Assembly: GCA_002189035.1 (NCBI GenBank)
Contig: NEEC01000004.1
Span: 3,906,001-3,970,000 of the forward strand
Direction of reading: 5' to 3'
Source of the DNA: Utricularia gibba
Lineage: Eukaryota > Plantae > Magnoliophyta
DNA: 64,000 bases
Shown here piece after piece: positions 1 to 13,446 of the stretch; positions within the stretch are counted from its first letter, which is position 1; each line of letters begins with the position of its first letter. The notes under the pieces are model-generated. The model did no database searches and was not told the origin of the DNA. It was given only the letters and a program-made list of their open reading frames with translations. The position numbers were made by a program, and so were the translations under genes.

Positions 1-21
1 CTCTTCCACCAACTCCTTTAG

Positions 22-1151
22 CTTTCTCACCTCTATGAATGCGTTGAAGGACCTTAACCTGAGTGACTGTCCGTTAAATGATTATTCAGTGCAGCATATT
101 GCCTCAATTGGACCAAGCTTAAAACATTTGAACCTCAGTCGGACAAAAATAAGCTCTGAGGGTGTTATGCATTTAGCAGGAAAGTTTCCTTCTCTTCAGA
201 CATTGGTGTTGTGTGGCACTGCAGTCGATGATACGGCAGTTCCATATATTAGCTTGATGACATCACTCAAATCTCTTGACCTAAGTTGCACATATATTAA
301 AGGTGTTGTCCCTGTAACAGTATCTTTGCATTTTTATTTCCCCCAACTCTGTCTCCCGCACACCATTTTTCTGTCGTTTTATTTGTAGATGCAACCATAT
401 TATTGACGGGATATTTTTTTCAGGTATCGTGCACACTGTAGGTACAGGTCGTGATAAAGTGCCTTCGCTTTCTGTTCTGGAAAATCTTAGAAGTTTAGAA
501 AGATTATACTTGGAGGAAATTAATGCCACTGATCTAGCCATCTACTCATTGAAGGGTTTGAACAGCTTGAGCCATCTGTTTCTTCGAGACTCGCGCCTCA
601 TGGATGCTTCTTTACATGAGATTTCATCTCTTCCAAATTTGGTACATGTTGATCTTCGGGGTGCTGTCTTCACAGATGCTGGTTTGGTCAAGTTTGTTCC
701 CCCGCATTCCATGGAAGTGATTGATCTCAGGGATTGCTGGCTGTTGTCACAGGATGCTCTCTTGGGTTTCTGCAGAAAACATCCGCACATTGAAGCCAGG
801 CATGATTTTTCTGATGCTCATGATAAAAGAAATGCCCGGAGGGCATCTCCATCACAAGATCACACCGGGTGTCCGAAGCAAAAGCTAGAAAACAGCAAGC
901 CGCTCTGGTTTCCCCACTTTTCAAACGGGATATTTCTAGGTATGATATCTCATCATTTAACCATTTCATTTTCTTACTTTCTTGGATCCGTCCTTTCGTA
1001 TCACCACACCCCGCACCTCACAGCACTGTTAACTTATCCTGCAGTATACTCTCTAATGATTATTCTTTCATCTCTTGATACTACTCTGTTCTTTATAGAT
1101 CAAAGGTTGAAATATGGCAGAGAAGAACTACTGTCTCTCCAATACCAATAG
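22..1151 (+). CDS. RNI-like leucine-rich-repeat protein, 3' part only (gene starts left of the window). Exons 22-302, 424-939, 1099-1151; possible extension to 1215 plus 1290-1309 if the TAG at 1149 is premature
   Basis: Repeated LxxLxLSxT/LxxLxLxxxx motifs (LKHLNLSRT, LQTLVLCGT, LKSLDLSCT, LERLYLEE, LSHLFLRDS). GT-AG junctions at 303/423 and 940/1098 keep frame. C-terminal DQRLKYGREELLSLQY resembles plant RNI-like proteins as I recall them. Confidence 0.75.
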
Positions 1152-2919
1152 CCTAATTTTTATCGCATAAAGAGAACCGTGGGAGCCAAATCTTTTCAAC
1201 TTGTGGACGTTTCAGGTTTGATATCTGCTGTGCACCTCACCTCACTGGTAGATTTTGCTGTATGCTTCATCTACTTTGAAAATATTTAGGAAGTTCAGCT
1301 GAAGAATAGACCTGTAGAATCACCGCTCTTACAGACTTCCCAACTTGCAAGGAAATGGATGATAAACTGAGGTGCTTGAGCGCCTAGGAGGATCGTTGCG
1401 CCGAGCATGTTTTGTTGTGCACATTAAACAGTGCAGAGTTAAATAAACGTTATATGATTACTATTTATCAACATGTTTCTTTGAAATTCTCATATTATAT
1501 TCAGTAAGAGATTGATTTTGAAATTTTTTGTTTTTATTGTATATTCTACGTTTTCAAACATGTATGATTACATGCAACTAGATTTATGACTTATCTAAAT
1601 ACAAATACAAAAAGATTATGTAAAAAATAGAAAACTTGATAAAAAATTATATTTAAGCATTCAAACTGATAATTAAAGAATCCTAAAAGATTCAAAATAG
1701 ATTTAGAATAGATTTTCAGATTCTACTTAAAGCAACTTTCATAAAGGTAAGATCGAAGATGGATATTTGAGCACAACCATATATTAACTCAAAGGCTTAC
1801 GATTGCAAAAAATAAAAAAATATGTACTATTTAATAGATTTCTTATCTAGATCCAACATTGGTTTCAACGATAATTAATATATTAGATTCCAACTACAAA
1901 GTGTAGAGGGAATTAGAATAGGTAATGATTTTCATTTTTATATAACTTAAATTTTTCTCCAATATATACTACATTACCTGAATATGTCTTGGAGTTGTCC
2001 AAGGTTGCATACCTTGAGATTCAAAACTTGGCCATACATACATACTATAAGGATTGATAAGAAATATTTGGAAAAGAGAAGGCTAATGGGGGTTTATTAA
2101 GAAACTTGCAAAAATGTTGCTTAAAAAAAGGATGAAAAAAGTTGGTAGACATGAAATAGAAGTGGTATCATTTCTCTTGAAATATTGAGATTCAACTTTT
2201 AATATGATGGCAAGGGAGCCTATGCTTCTAATGATGACCCCTCATTTGTTTTAAACTAATGGCTCTTCAGAACATCAAACACCTGATTCTGAAACTAGGA
2301 GCTACAAATCAGACTGAAAATGAGTTTTAAAAGTAAATAATCAGAATTGGAAAAGAAAAGGGAATTGCATGAAAATGTGAATGACTTAATTCTGAAATTT
2401 TCAAGGCTGAGATATTAACATTAGAAATAAGAGTGATGAACCATAAGGATGAAATTGACCCAATGAGAATTTTGGGATCTCAAAATTCAACCCAAATGTA
2501 AATGTTAAAACCCCATACAAAGAGTCCATCATCAAGGAAGTGCTCATACCTACAAGAATTTTAGGCCTTATGAATCTTGTGCATTGAAGAACCTTCTCGA
2601 ATATTGTTTCCAAAAAAAATCCCATATAAATGGTTTATACATTCAGAAAACAGAATTTTTTATGCCGCGCCTATTGCTGGAAGGATTAAATTAACATTCG
2701 ACTTTGTAGGAATCACAAGTTGCACGTCTTGTCGGAAGAGAAGACACAGCGGTCTCCTTCTTGCATCCAGAAAGCTGGCATGGTGAGTTCAGGACACATT
2801 TGTCTTCACCTGACGATGGGAATGACGCTTTTACCCTTCCTGCTGCTTCAAGATAAGAGAGGGGAGTCAACAAACACAAGTTCTCTTGGTCCAAAGACGG
2901 CCATCGGTGGTCTGCGCAT

Positions 2920-5453
2920 ATGAGGAACGCTAGCACTCCCACACCGCCTTTGGCACAGCCGCAGCTGTACGTCTTCCGGAGACTCCGCCGCCGTCATTTT
3001 AATCGCCTTTTTGCGTTTGTTTACTCACTCGCCGTCCTCTGTCTCCTCTACCGCCACTTACGCGCCGTCCTCACCACCGCCGCCAACTCCTTTACTCCCC
3101 TCCTTCTCTTCATCGCCGATGCAATTTTGGCTTACATGTGGTCCACCACTCAGTCCTTCCGAATGAACCCCGTTGTCCGGGAGGAGCTGCCGGGGAAAAA
3201 CTGCACCTGAAGGATTTGCCGAAAATCGACATATTCATATGCACGGCGGACCCCTTCAAGGAGCCACCCATGGTGGTCGTTAACACCGCCTTATCGGTGA
3301 TGGCCTACGACTATCCGTCCGAGAAATTGTCCGTCTACGTTTCCGACGACGGTGGATCGGAGCTCACCATGTTTGCTCTGATGGAAGCGGCTAAATTTGC
3401 AAAGTACTGGGTGCAGTTTTGCAAGGACAATAATATTGTCGACCGCAACCCTGAAGCTTATTTCAACACAGGCAACTCCAGCAATCTCGAGATTAAAGTA
3501 AGATACAGTCAATCTCTCTTATTTATTTCTTTATTCATTATTAACATGCAGTTATCGACTTCAATACAGGCACTCTATGATGCCATGAAACTAAAGGTGG
3601 AGGCGGTGGTGGATAACCGGAAAGTCAGCGATGGTTATATTTCCGGCGAAGATGAGCGCCGGATTTTAAGCCAGTTCTCCGTGGACGGGTTCTCACGACA
3701 ACAACACCCTCCAATAATTCAGGTTCATGCCATTCCTTTCAAAACAAATTATTAAAAGCAGTCAACTTTCATACAAATTAAAAACTCGTTTTGGTTTGAA
3801 ACTTTCCAGGTTTTATTAAATTCCAATAAAGACATGCTCAGAGATGGCGGTCCTGCGCCTAATCTGATCTACGTTTCTAGAGAGAAAAATCGAACCTTTC
3901 CCCATCATTTCAAGGCCGGCGCTCTCAATGCTCTGGTGAGATCTGCATATTTTCCAAAACAATAGGTACTGTTTAAAACATCACATAATTCCAGGTACGG
4001 GTTTCGGCATGCATGACAAATTCTCCGATCATACTAACACTGGACTGTGACATGTTCTCAAACGACCCCTCCACCATCTTGAACGCCCTGGGCTACTTTG
4101 GCGATCGCCCCGAGATCGGATACGTTCAGTTCCCGCAACGTTTTCGGGGGCTCAACGAGGCCGATACTTACGCTTGTGAACATAAGCGCCTCTTCCGGCT
4201 CAATCCCTCCGGGATGGACGGGCTCAATGGCCCTAGTTACGTCGGGACGGGCTGCTTTTTCAGCCGCCGTGCACTGTTCGGCGGTCCTTCCTCCTACGTC
4301 CAGCCGGAGGACTCGACGCTCGACCCGAAATCGATCGTGGGTCGATCAATTGATGACCCACTTGTGCTAGAACAATCCCAATGCGTGGCCCGTAGTGACT
4401 ACGACGAAAACAACACTTCATGGGGCTCCAAGGTGAATAAACCAGCCTCTTTTTCACTATAATTTTAGCCACTAGAAATACTTCAATCACCGTTTTCTGA
4501 TTGCAGATGGGTTTCCGTTACGGATCCATCGTGGAGGATTACTACACCGGCTATCAGCTTCAGTGCGAAGGGTGGCATTCGGTCTTCTGCGATCCAAAAA
4601 GGGCGGCGTTTCTCGGCGACGTTCCGATATGTCTAAACGATGCCCTGAACCAAACACAGAGGTGGGCGGTTGGGCTTTTAGAAGTGGGCTTCTCGAGGGT
4701 CAGCCCAATCACATTCGGGGTAAAGTATATGGGCCTGTTAATGGGCCAATGCTATGCCCATTATGCATTCTGGGCCATATGGTGCATCCCTGTTGCCATC
4801 TACGCATTCCTTCCTCCTCTGGCACTACTAAGAGGAATTTGCATCTTTCCAAAGGTAAAAAAAAAGGGTAATTTCACTCTTTTATTTTCACTTTTCCTTG
4901 AATTCTTTACCTCATTTGTGAATAGGTAAAAGATCCATGGTTCTTCGTGTATGCTTTCCTGTTTCTGGGGGCGTACGGTCAAGATTGCTTTGATTTCGTC
5001 ACCAAGGAAGGGACGCTGGCGCGATGGTGGAGCGATCAAAGGATGTGGCTGATACGCTCTCTCTCTTCCTACCTCTTCGGATCCATTGAATACGCCTCTA
5101 AGCGTCTGGGCTTCGCGAGCCACGCCTTCAACATCACAAGCAAGTTCGAAGACGAGGAGAAGCGGAAGCGGTACGATCAGGGGTTGTTCGAGTTCGAGGT
5201 CGCGTCTCCGTTGTACGTTCCGATGGTTGCCGCGTCGATCTTGAACTTGGTGGCGTTCCTCGCGGGGTTGCGGCGCGGCGGCGAGGACATGTTCTTGCAA
5301 ACAGCGGTCGCGGGCTTCGCGGTGGCGAATGCGGTCCCTGTGTACGGAGCTATGGTCTGGAGAGAAGATGGAGGAAGAGTCGCGAGCAAGACTGTGGCCG
5401 CTTCGGTTACTGTGGTTGGCCTTCTATTTGGAGTTGCCTGTGTGCTATGGTAA
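2920..5453 (+). CDS. CSLG: Cellulose synthase-like protein, CSLG type. Exons 2920-3497, 3570-3722, 3810-3935, 3995-4432, 4507-4854, 4926-5453; apparent frameshift at G-run 3192-3195
   Basis: Motifs [66 protein letters not shown], QxxRW (QTQRW) and C-terminal TM helices. All five introns are GT-AG and in phase. Confidence 0.9.
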
Positions 5454-5975
5454 CGTTGCTCCGGCTCCGTACTCATGAACTCCTGAACCAGAGGGGGCCA
5501 TGGGCCGGGCCGGGCCTGGACAAGCCCAGCTCGTGTGCCTAAAATCTATAATAACCTGTACGGGTCTAGACATGATACCGAATGTCATTGATGCCCATAA
5601 CCCCATCGAGGATGGTGGATTCTGATACATTCTAATATATTGGGCGTGTTTGGAGCTATAGTTACAAACCTTCGGTGGTGTGATGAGGTCAATTGAAATA
5701 AAAGTTATATTAATGCAGTTTAAGTGAATATGATTATAAATTTTTTGATAAAACATCAATCAAATGAATACAATTTGTGAAAATTGACCTTTATATCCTT
5801 CAATCTTTAACATTATTAGAAATCATTAATATTATATTAATTTTTTAGAAGATAAAAACAAGAGTGATAAGGTGGATAAAAGAAAAAATGTGTAAAATTT
5901 TCTGAAAGATAAATTACTAAAAAAATACTATCATTAACTCTTGAATATGTTAGGCATAATCATGGAGGGTCATAA

Positions 5976-8900
5976 GAGCATTTCCATTGGTGGGCGCTCA
6001 AATCCGACATGGCACCTAGCTCAGCTTTCTCCGTCATTATTATTGATCCGCTCAACAATGTGATGGTAATAAAAGTCCAGAAAAAATAAATCTTAGCCCC
6101 TTTTATTTATGTGGACAAAAACCCGTGTGTGACTAAACCTAATTTTTTTCCTCCATTTTCTTTTGGCACCTGCATCAAATTCCTTCGAAGGTAGCAAATA
6201 AGTTTACGAATTTCACAAAACTTTGCCCATAATTACTTTGAAGAGATGGGTATGATTAATTTCTTTATTAATTCTTATTTTGGGATTATAAGTTATGTAT
6301 TTGTTTTTTTTAAAACCTTAAATCTAATAGAATTAATTATATTCGTCTAATCTATGTTTGTGAAGTGATTCTACTGCTATTTTGAAGTCATTTATATTTT
6401 TTCACACTACTATAATTATTTAAACAACTAAACATGATGTAGAATTATTTTATAGAAATCATACTATGTATTTCTTTTAATTTTTTTCATTTATCATTAT
6501 TTTCATGACAAAGCTCCTCCAATTTTCTGAATGTTGGTTTATAGATCTGTATTTATTTACATGGAATTAAGTTGATTTATTTAGGATATTTGCTGTTTAA
6601 TCAGTAATTTTAATAGTATGGTATTTAAATATAATGTCATTGTTTATATATATTTTGCATTATTTTCATGTAGCCACAATGATTTCAATAATAAGATAGA
6701 CTGATGAAGAAATTATTATTCTAATTTCAACTTGGTTAAACACTTATGTTAATTCAATTTCTGGCAACTCTTAGAAAGCAGAATCTTTTTGAAAAGTTAT
6801 AGCTTACTTCTATTGCGATGCAATAAAGATTAATACCAACAATGCAAAGTTTCAAAATTATGAAGCATTAAGGAAGAAATGGGGAAAGTTAATTGCAGAT
6901 GTGCAACATTTATTCGGCATATATAATAGTATTGAACGTAGAGATCCTAGCGATCACAATAACAATGATTTAATGAACATGGGTTTGAAGCAATAAAAGG
7001 AGGTACTTTATAAATTTTTCATGTATTTAAAGGCTTGGAAGATATTGAGTGATCAACCAAAATGGAGAACAATAAAGTTTTTTTCTTGTATTATGTCTAA
7101 CTATTAATTCTAGTAACCTATTGTTTGACACCACATATAGGATATAAACAATACAATGAAGAAGAAAAAAAAAGTGAACACAACATCAGATTCCTCATTG
7201 ATACAATCGCCCATGACTCTAAGCATGAAAGAAAGAAAGGATTCAAAGTCTCCAACTCTGGAGTGTCCCATTGGTCAAAAGAGTGCTAAAAATATCTACT
7301 TTGAGATAGTCCTTCTCGAGGCATTTCTGAAGAGAAAAGAGCTACAATGAAACTTTTGATCGACAAGTTAGATGGATATAGATTGGAGATGGCAAGACAC
7401 AATGACTTGTTTCACCAACATATATCTATTAACAATGCATAGGTTTTAGTCAGCTCCGCACATGAGTTGAGGCTATTGATCGATATGGATATGTCGAAAA
7501 TGAATGACTTTCAGAAGAAGTTGTACAGTGAGACATGTAGTCATGCATTATCTGATATGATTGCTCTAGGTTTTATTTTTGATAAGCCTTCATCAAACAC
7601 TGAGGGTGGACTTGCAAATCAGCCAGAAAGACATTTCAGGACAACTCTGAGGAGCCAATTGTTGATTTTAGTGATGACTTAGATCTTCTGTGATTTTCTT
7701 GGATTTTTAGTTGTAGGTGTTTACGACTTTTATGATTTTAATGATGAAGTGGAATTTGGATTGTGAACTAATATTTTTAATTATATATATTTAATCACAT
7801 AATACATATTTTATGATCTTCTCGAAATTTTTAATTTACATGTTTTTTAGGTATGATACAAATAAGGTTACCATTGCATGTAACCTGACTTTATATGAAC
7901 TATCACACCTATCAAAGTAGTGCATCAATCGAAAGTCATCTATCTACCATATCTATCAAAGTAGTGCATCAACTGAAAGTCCTCTATTTACCACACCTAC
8001 TAAAGTAATGTACCAACCAAAAGTCATCTACCTACCACATCTAACACAATGTTTTCAATCCAAATTACCTTATATATATACACCATAGCTCATAACTTTT
8101 TTCACAATGAATCCTCACAACTCTGACAATGTTCCATACCAAAATGTTTATTTCAATCCAAATGATATTTCATTCTTTATGCCTAGCCATAGTGATATTA
8201 TCATTGATGTTGTTGATTTATTAGAAGATGAACCAAATCCGTTCCAAAGGCAAAGAGGAAACCATGCATAAATTGATCATGATCTTGAGATAGACAACGC
8301 TCGTCTGGTAGCAAATTATTTCTTTATTAATGCTACATACAATGATCAAATGTTTCACCATTGTTTCAGAATACGTCGTAGTTTGTTTGAGCGTATTATC
8401 TGCAGTGTTCGGGAAGTATAGCCATATTTACAATAAAGAATTAATGCAACAAGATGTGTCTTATTAACCACAATACAAAATTGCATTACTGCTATGCGAA
8501 TAATGGCTTATGAATATGGTGCAGATGCTTGTGATGAATATCTTTGAATTAGTGGGTTTGCTATCATCAAATGTTTAAGGTCTTTTGTATTTGCAATTCG
8601 TATTGTATTCGAGACAGAATATATGAGGCATCCCAATTCGAGTGATATTCAAAATTACTTTTATGGGGAGAAGAAAGAGGATTCATAGGCATGCTCGGAA
8701 GTACAGAATTTATGTATTGTGAGTGGAAGAATTGTTTAGTGGCTTGAAAAGGTCAATATAGTCGTGAGCATAGTTCATCTATTGTTATCCTAGAGGCTGT
8801 AGCCTCAAAGAATACTTGGATATGACACTCTTTTTTTGGAACTCTTGGTTTCTCATAATGATCTTAATGTATTATCACATTCACCTTTATTCGATGATTT

Positions 8901-9665
8901 GCATCAGGGTTGCCCCTTCGATCGAATACTTTGTGAATGGGAAGAAATACGAATGAGATATTATTTAACTAATGGTATTTATCCCGAATGACGCGTTTTC
9001 ATGAAATGAAAACTATCACTCTTCTACAAAATCCAAAAACAAGATTATTTGCTACTATCCAAAAAAGTGCAAGGATGTAAAAAGAGCATTTGGAGTGCTT
9101 CAAGCAAAATTTGCGATCATTTACTCACCAGCTCGAGCATGGGATCATCAAACGTTTATTAATATTATGTATGTTGTAATAATTTTACAGAATATGATAG
9201 TGGAAGATGAAGATGATGACGAATGGCCAAATCTTGGAGATTAGGATCAAGTTAATGTTGGACAACTATCCGATGTTTTGGGATAAAATGTTCATATTTT
9301 ATAAAACTATGTTGATAGAGTTATAAAATCTCGAGAAAAAAACGTTACATAGACAACTCAAGGGAGACTTGATCGATCACATTTGGGCTAAGTTTGATTA
9401 ATTTAAAGTGTCTCATATTAAGTTGTTTCTTATTTTGTATGGTTGTTGTATTTTTAAATAATAAATAATGTATTTAAATAATATAAAAAAGGATAAATGT
9501 TAAGTATTAAATAATCAAATGTCCGGACAAGAATGTGAGAGTGTATGGAAAGATGATGTGTAATATTTAATATTAAATTTTAATTAAAATAAGTATGATG
9601 TGAAAGATAGAGAAGATGATGTGAAAAAAATTGATTGATTTGGATGGATATGAATGTGGATGCCC
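5976..9665 (+). mobile_element. PIF/Harbinger DNA transposon, degenerate: Myb/SANT-like ORF remnant about 6750-7680 and DDE transposase remnant about 8250-9400
   Basis: TAA at 5973-5975 and 9666-9668 (TSD). Imperfect TIRs GAGCATTTCCATT and (rc) GGGCATCCACATT. Transposase remnants NDLNVLSHSPLF, YYLTNGIYP, RAFGVLQAKF, NMIVEDEDD with stops and frameshifts. Confidence 0.8.
7909..8043. repeat. Tandem repeat, about 44-bp unit x3, inside the Harbinger between its two ORFs
   Basis: CTATCAAAGTAGTGCATCAA..GAAAGTC.TCTA..TACCA.A. seen three times with substitutions. Confidence 0.8.
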
Positions 9666-11770
9666 TAACAGCAAGAGTAAAACTATGCTTGATTAACGGA
9701 TCTGATACCAATAGATTAAAAAAAGAAGACAAGCATAACACGTAAGGTTAAAGGAATGTTTATTCATTGTTCATTAAAAGGATCTTGGACCGATGCATCA
9801 TTTTCTTAGAGTGCAAATGTCACACTCTAAGCAAGACATTCATTTAACCACTTAAGAGAAAAGTAAACCCAAGGATCCAATATCTTTCAAAGCATTTATT
9901 GGAACCCTGCAATATCTAACATTCACACGATTAGATATAACATACAATGTGAATTATGTCTCACACTTTATGCAAGACCCAACTACACACCATCAAATTC
10001 AAGCCAATTGAATTTTACACTATGTCAAAAGGACACTGAATCTTGGACTCCTATATTCATGGGACACACCATTACGTCTTGAGGCGTACTTAGATGCAGA
10101 TTGGACTAGTTGTCCTCTCACAAGATGCTCAATCATTGGATATTATATGTTTCTTAGTACAAATTTGATCTTCTGGTGTTCAAAGAAGCAGTAGATTGTA
10201 TCAAGATCCAACATTGAAGCGGAATATAGACCAATGACTCACACAACACCATAAATAACCTGGTTGTAGTTTGTGCTAAGAAAACTGAATGTCAAGCTAG
10301 ATCGTACACGTACACTACATTGTGACAATTTTAATGCACTTCATCTCAAAGTAAATCCGGTCTTCCATGCTAGAAGCAAGCATATAGAAATTAATTGCCA
10401 CTTTGTTCGAAAACGTGTGGCGATGGGATATTTAATAACTCAACAAATCTCTACAACATATCAACTTGCAGATCTATTCACTAAAGTACTATCCTCAACA
10501 AAAATCACATTTCTCACCAGCAAACTTGGGCTTACCCCACCACCAAATTTGAACGAGGGTGTAGAAGAAAAGAAACCAAAGGAGTGATAAGGTGGATAGA
10601 AGAAAAAAGATACTAATTTCTTAAAGATGAGTTATAATCATGGAAGATTAAACTTGATTAATGGATTTGATATATCATTCTTTTATTTAAGTGTATTGAA
10701 ACTATTGTTTTAATGTGCGGTGAATAAATATTTTTTTTAGTTATGTGCTATGCTTGCCCTCTTCTTTTGATCTATAAGTTTAAAATGATAATAGAAAAAA
10801 ATAGAAATATTATTTTAAAATTGAATGAATATATTAAATTTGTTTTGATCATTTCAAGAACCAATTTTCATTCGATATTTTATAATATACCTTTTTGAAA
10901 CTCATTTTGAACGGATAACATCATAGAGAGAGAGACAGAGAGTATATATATGTATAAGAATTAATATTATAACACATTTATAAAAATCTACAAAAAAAAT
11001 TAAAAATTAAGCTCTTCATCCAAAATAAACAAAAATCATCAAATAAAACCTTTTATAGTTAAGGGTAATGGAACTTGGAAGTCATTTACAACATACGATT
11101 AAAAGAATGCTACTTTTTTTCTGAATCGATATCATCACATAAAATAAAAATGAATGAAATCAAATTTAGGTATATATTTAATTATAATAAAAAGTAATCA
11201 TTGAAATTCAACTGGACTCAGGCCACAGATCCAACACAACACCATTCTTGATTGTTGTCCATTGTGATGGAATGTGGACAAGTTAAAAGGGAATTCTGAA
11301 CATTGTCAAGTATGATTGGGTGTGATCGAATGTGAGGTACATAGAAAATTTTGATGATTAAAAGTCAATATAGTTTAAATATGAATTGAGGATGGGGATT
11401 AATTTTATCAAATGAGTATAACAAATCCAATTATTACAAGTAATAGTGACTATTGACATCAAATTATTTATGTAAATAACCAGAACTAAACTATTAGGAA
11501 ACAAAAATTCCGATTTTCTAAATAATAGGAACTCATTTTTTTCGACTATGAAACAGCGGTAACCAATTATGTCTGGTTTTTAAATAATAGAAATAAACAG
11601 TATAAATAGTAAAAGTTATTTTTACAATTAACGTAGGACCACACGGGCTGCAATGTATAATCTACAGACGTGATACTCAACCGAACTGAAAACGAGCTAA
11701 GGCTCAGACACAAGCCCGATGTTATGGGCGATGCTCTGTTTTTCGAGGCCGGTCTTCGTGATCTATTGGC

Positions 11771-11789
11771 TGGGCCGAGCCCAAGCCCA
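11771..11789 (+). promoter_or_regulatory. Cluster of site II (TGGGCY/RGCCCA) motifs upstream of DPH1
   Basis: TGGGCC 11771, AGCCCA 11778 and 11784, about 80-100 bp before the ATG. This motif is typical of plant housekeeping and translation gene promoters. Confidence 0.5.
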
Positions 11790-11870
11790 TCTGTATCCTG
11801 AACTACTGACCTGTCGCCCGTGCTATAAGTTCGAGTAAATCGAGCATTCCCTTTCTCACGACGAACGGCA

Positions 11871-13238
11871 ATGGGCGACGGAGTTGGGGCGGAGCTCGCC
11901 GCGAAGCAGGATCCAGCGCAGGCTACTCAGCCGAGGGTGCAGCCAAAGAGATTCGTGAAAAGCCAAGTCCCTGATTCCATAACCAATGATGCCGCGCTGA
12001 ACGCCGCCATCGCCCTGCTTCCGTCCAACTACAATTTCGAAATCCACAAGATTATCTGGCGTGTGAGATCCACCAACGCGACCCGCGTCGCGCTCCAGTT
12101 CCCGGAAGGCCTTCTGATGTATGCCCTTGTCATTTCCGATATTCTCACCGCCTTTGCCAGCGTCACCCACTGCTTCGTCCTTGGCGACGTAACCTATGGA
12201 GCATGTTGCATTGACGACCTCTCAGCCCTAGCCCTAGAGGTGCATCTCCTCGTTCACTTCGGCCACAGCTGCTTAGTCCCCATCGACTTCACCACCGTCC
12301 CTGCTCTGTATATCTTCGTGGAAATCGCGATCAACACTCGGAATCTCATCCAAGAATTGAATCACAATTTCTCTCCTGATAAGATCAGCAGTTTCATCAT
12401 GGCGGGAACGATACAGTTCTCCAATGCTATCCGCGCCGTGAAGCCCGAGCTTGAGAATTTGGGGTTTAGGGTTTTGGTACCTCAGTCAAAGCCCCTTTCT
12501 GCAGGGGAAGTCCTGGGATGCACCGCACCTTCTGTGAAATTGCAGGATTCCCATGGAAAAGAAGATGTGATCATTTTCGTTGCAGATGGGAGGTTCCATT
12601 TGGAGGCATTCATGATAGCCAATCCTGGAGTGAAAGCCTTCAGATATGATCCTTACATGGGGAAGTTGTTCTTGGAGGAGTACGATCATCAAGGAATGAA
12701 AGAGGACCGAAAAAAGGCTATAGAGAGAGCCAAGAGTGCTAAAACATGGGGGATCGTGTTGGGCACTTTAGGGAGGCAGGGGAATCCATTGTTGGTCGAA
12801 AGACTGGAAAAGAAGATGGAGGAGAAGGGACTGGAGTATATGACTGTTTTGATATCTGAGTTATCCCCACAAAAGATTGAGCTTTTTGGAGATTGTGTGG
12901 ATGCTTGGGTGCAAGTCGCTTGTCCTAGACTCTCAATAGATTGGGGTGATGCTTTCACGAAGCCATTGTTGACATCTTTTGAAGCTGAGATTGCTCTGGG
13001 GAACAGGCCAGGCTGGTGGGAGAGGAGGAATCCCAGAAATGTTTCTTGTTGCAAGAGCAGCGAAGAAGAGTGTTGCCAAGCACTTAAGAATGATGAAGTA
13101 GAATCAAACGTGGATTATCCCATGGATTACTATGCACAGGATGGTGGAGAATGGAATTCTTGCTACTCTAAGAAATCTGCGCGTTCCAGGGGAAGCACTA
13201 GGATTCGACTCAGAACCGGCGTCGAGGAGGGCGTATAG
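11871..13238 (+). CDS. DPH1: Diphthamide biosynthesis protein 1 (2-(3-amino-3-carboxypropyl)histidine synthase subunit 1), intronless, 455 aa
   Basis: LPSNYNFEIHK, VALQFPEGLL, GDVTYGACCIDD, HFGHSCL, GEVLGCTAP, ADGRFHLEA, LGTLGRQG, QVACPRLSIDWG, YPMDYY. The Fe-S cysteine motifs are intact. Confidence 0.95.
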   Translation: MGDGVGAELAAKQDPAQATQPRVQPKRFVKSQVPDSITNDAALNAAIALLPSNYNFEIHKIIWRVRSTNATRVALQFPEGLLMYALVISDILTAFASVTHCFVLGDVTYGACCIDDLSALALEVHLLVHFGHSCLVPIDFTTVPALYIFVEIAINTRNLIQELNHNFSPDKISSFIMAGTIQFSNAIRAVKPELENLGFRVLVPQSKPLSAGEVLGCTAPSVKLQDSHGKEDVIIFVADGRFHLEAFMIANPGVKAFRYDPYMGKLFLEEYDHQGMKEDRKKAIERAKSAKTWGIVLGTLGRQGNPLLVERLEKKMEEKGLEYMTVLISELSPQKIELFGDCVDAWVQVACPRLSIDWGDAFTKPLLTSFEAEIALGNRPGWWERRNPRNVSCCKSSEEECCQALKNDEVESNVDYPMDYYAQDGGEWNSCYSKKSARSRGSTRIRLRTGVEEGV

Positions 13239-13446
13239 AATGAACTGGACATCTTTCTGATACTTTTGATGCTTAAGAGATTTTGGTGAATGTGAAGACT
13301 GAACTATCCCAGTTTTGTCAAGTGCTTCTATGAGGTACCCTCAGTCTTATAGGGCCCTGGTTAGGGTGACCGGGGCGACCCGGGTCCGGGTTGTGCCACC
13401 TCCGTATCCTCACACTCCTCATCTTCTTGCAAGCCATCCAGACACT

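Larger units (their letters stand above)
5844..10700 (+). mobile_element. Degenerate Ty1/Copia LTR retrotransposon relic: RT/RNase H at about 9780-10587, 3' LTR from 10560, 5' LTR about 5844-5975 plus 9666-9720 (split by a Harbinger); gag/integrase deleted. Right end approximate
   Basis: Decayed DLGPMHHFL, LEAYLDADW, WCSKKQ, LHCDN, FHARSKHIEINCHFVR, QLADLFTK. PPT-like GAACGAGGG precedes TGTAGAAG. Shared blocks GAGTGATAAGGTGGATA (5862/10582), ATAATCATGGA and TTGATTAAYGGATYTGATA occur in both LTR copies. Confidence 0.6.

Noticed and set aside
4800-5476. Long antisense ORFs over CSLG (also over DPH1, MFS, BRXL and LTO1)
   Set aside because: These are shadow ORFs expected from GC-rich coding sequence on the opposite strand.
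9701-9710. TCTGATACCA as a reverse tRNA-Met primer-binding site
   Set aside because: The adjacent RT is on the + strand, and this stretch aligns with the 3' LTR sequence TTTGATATA, so it is LTR sequence.
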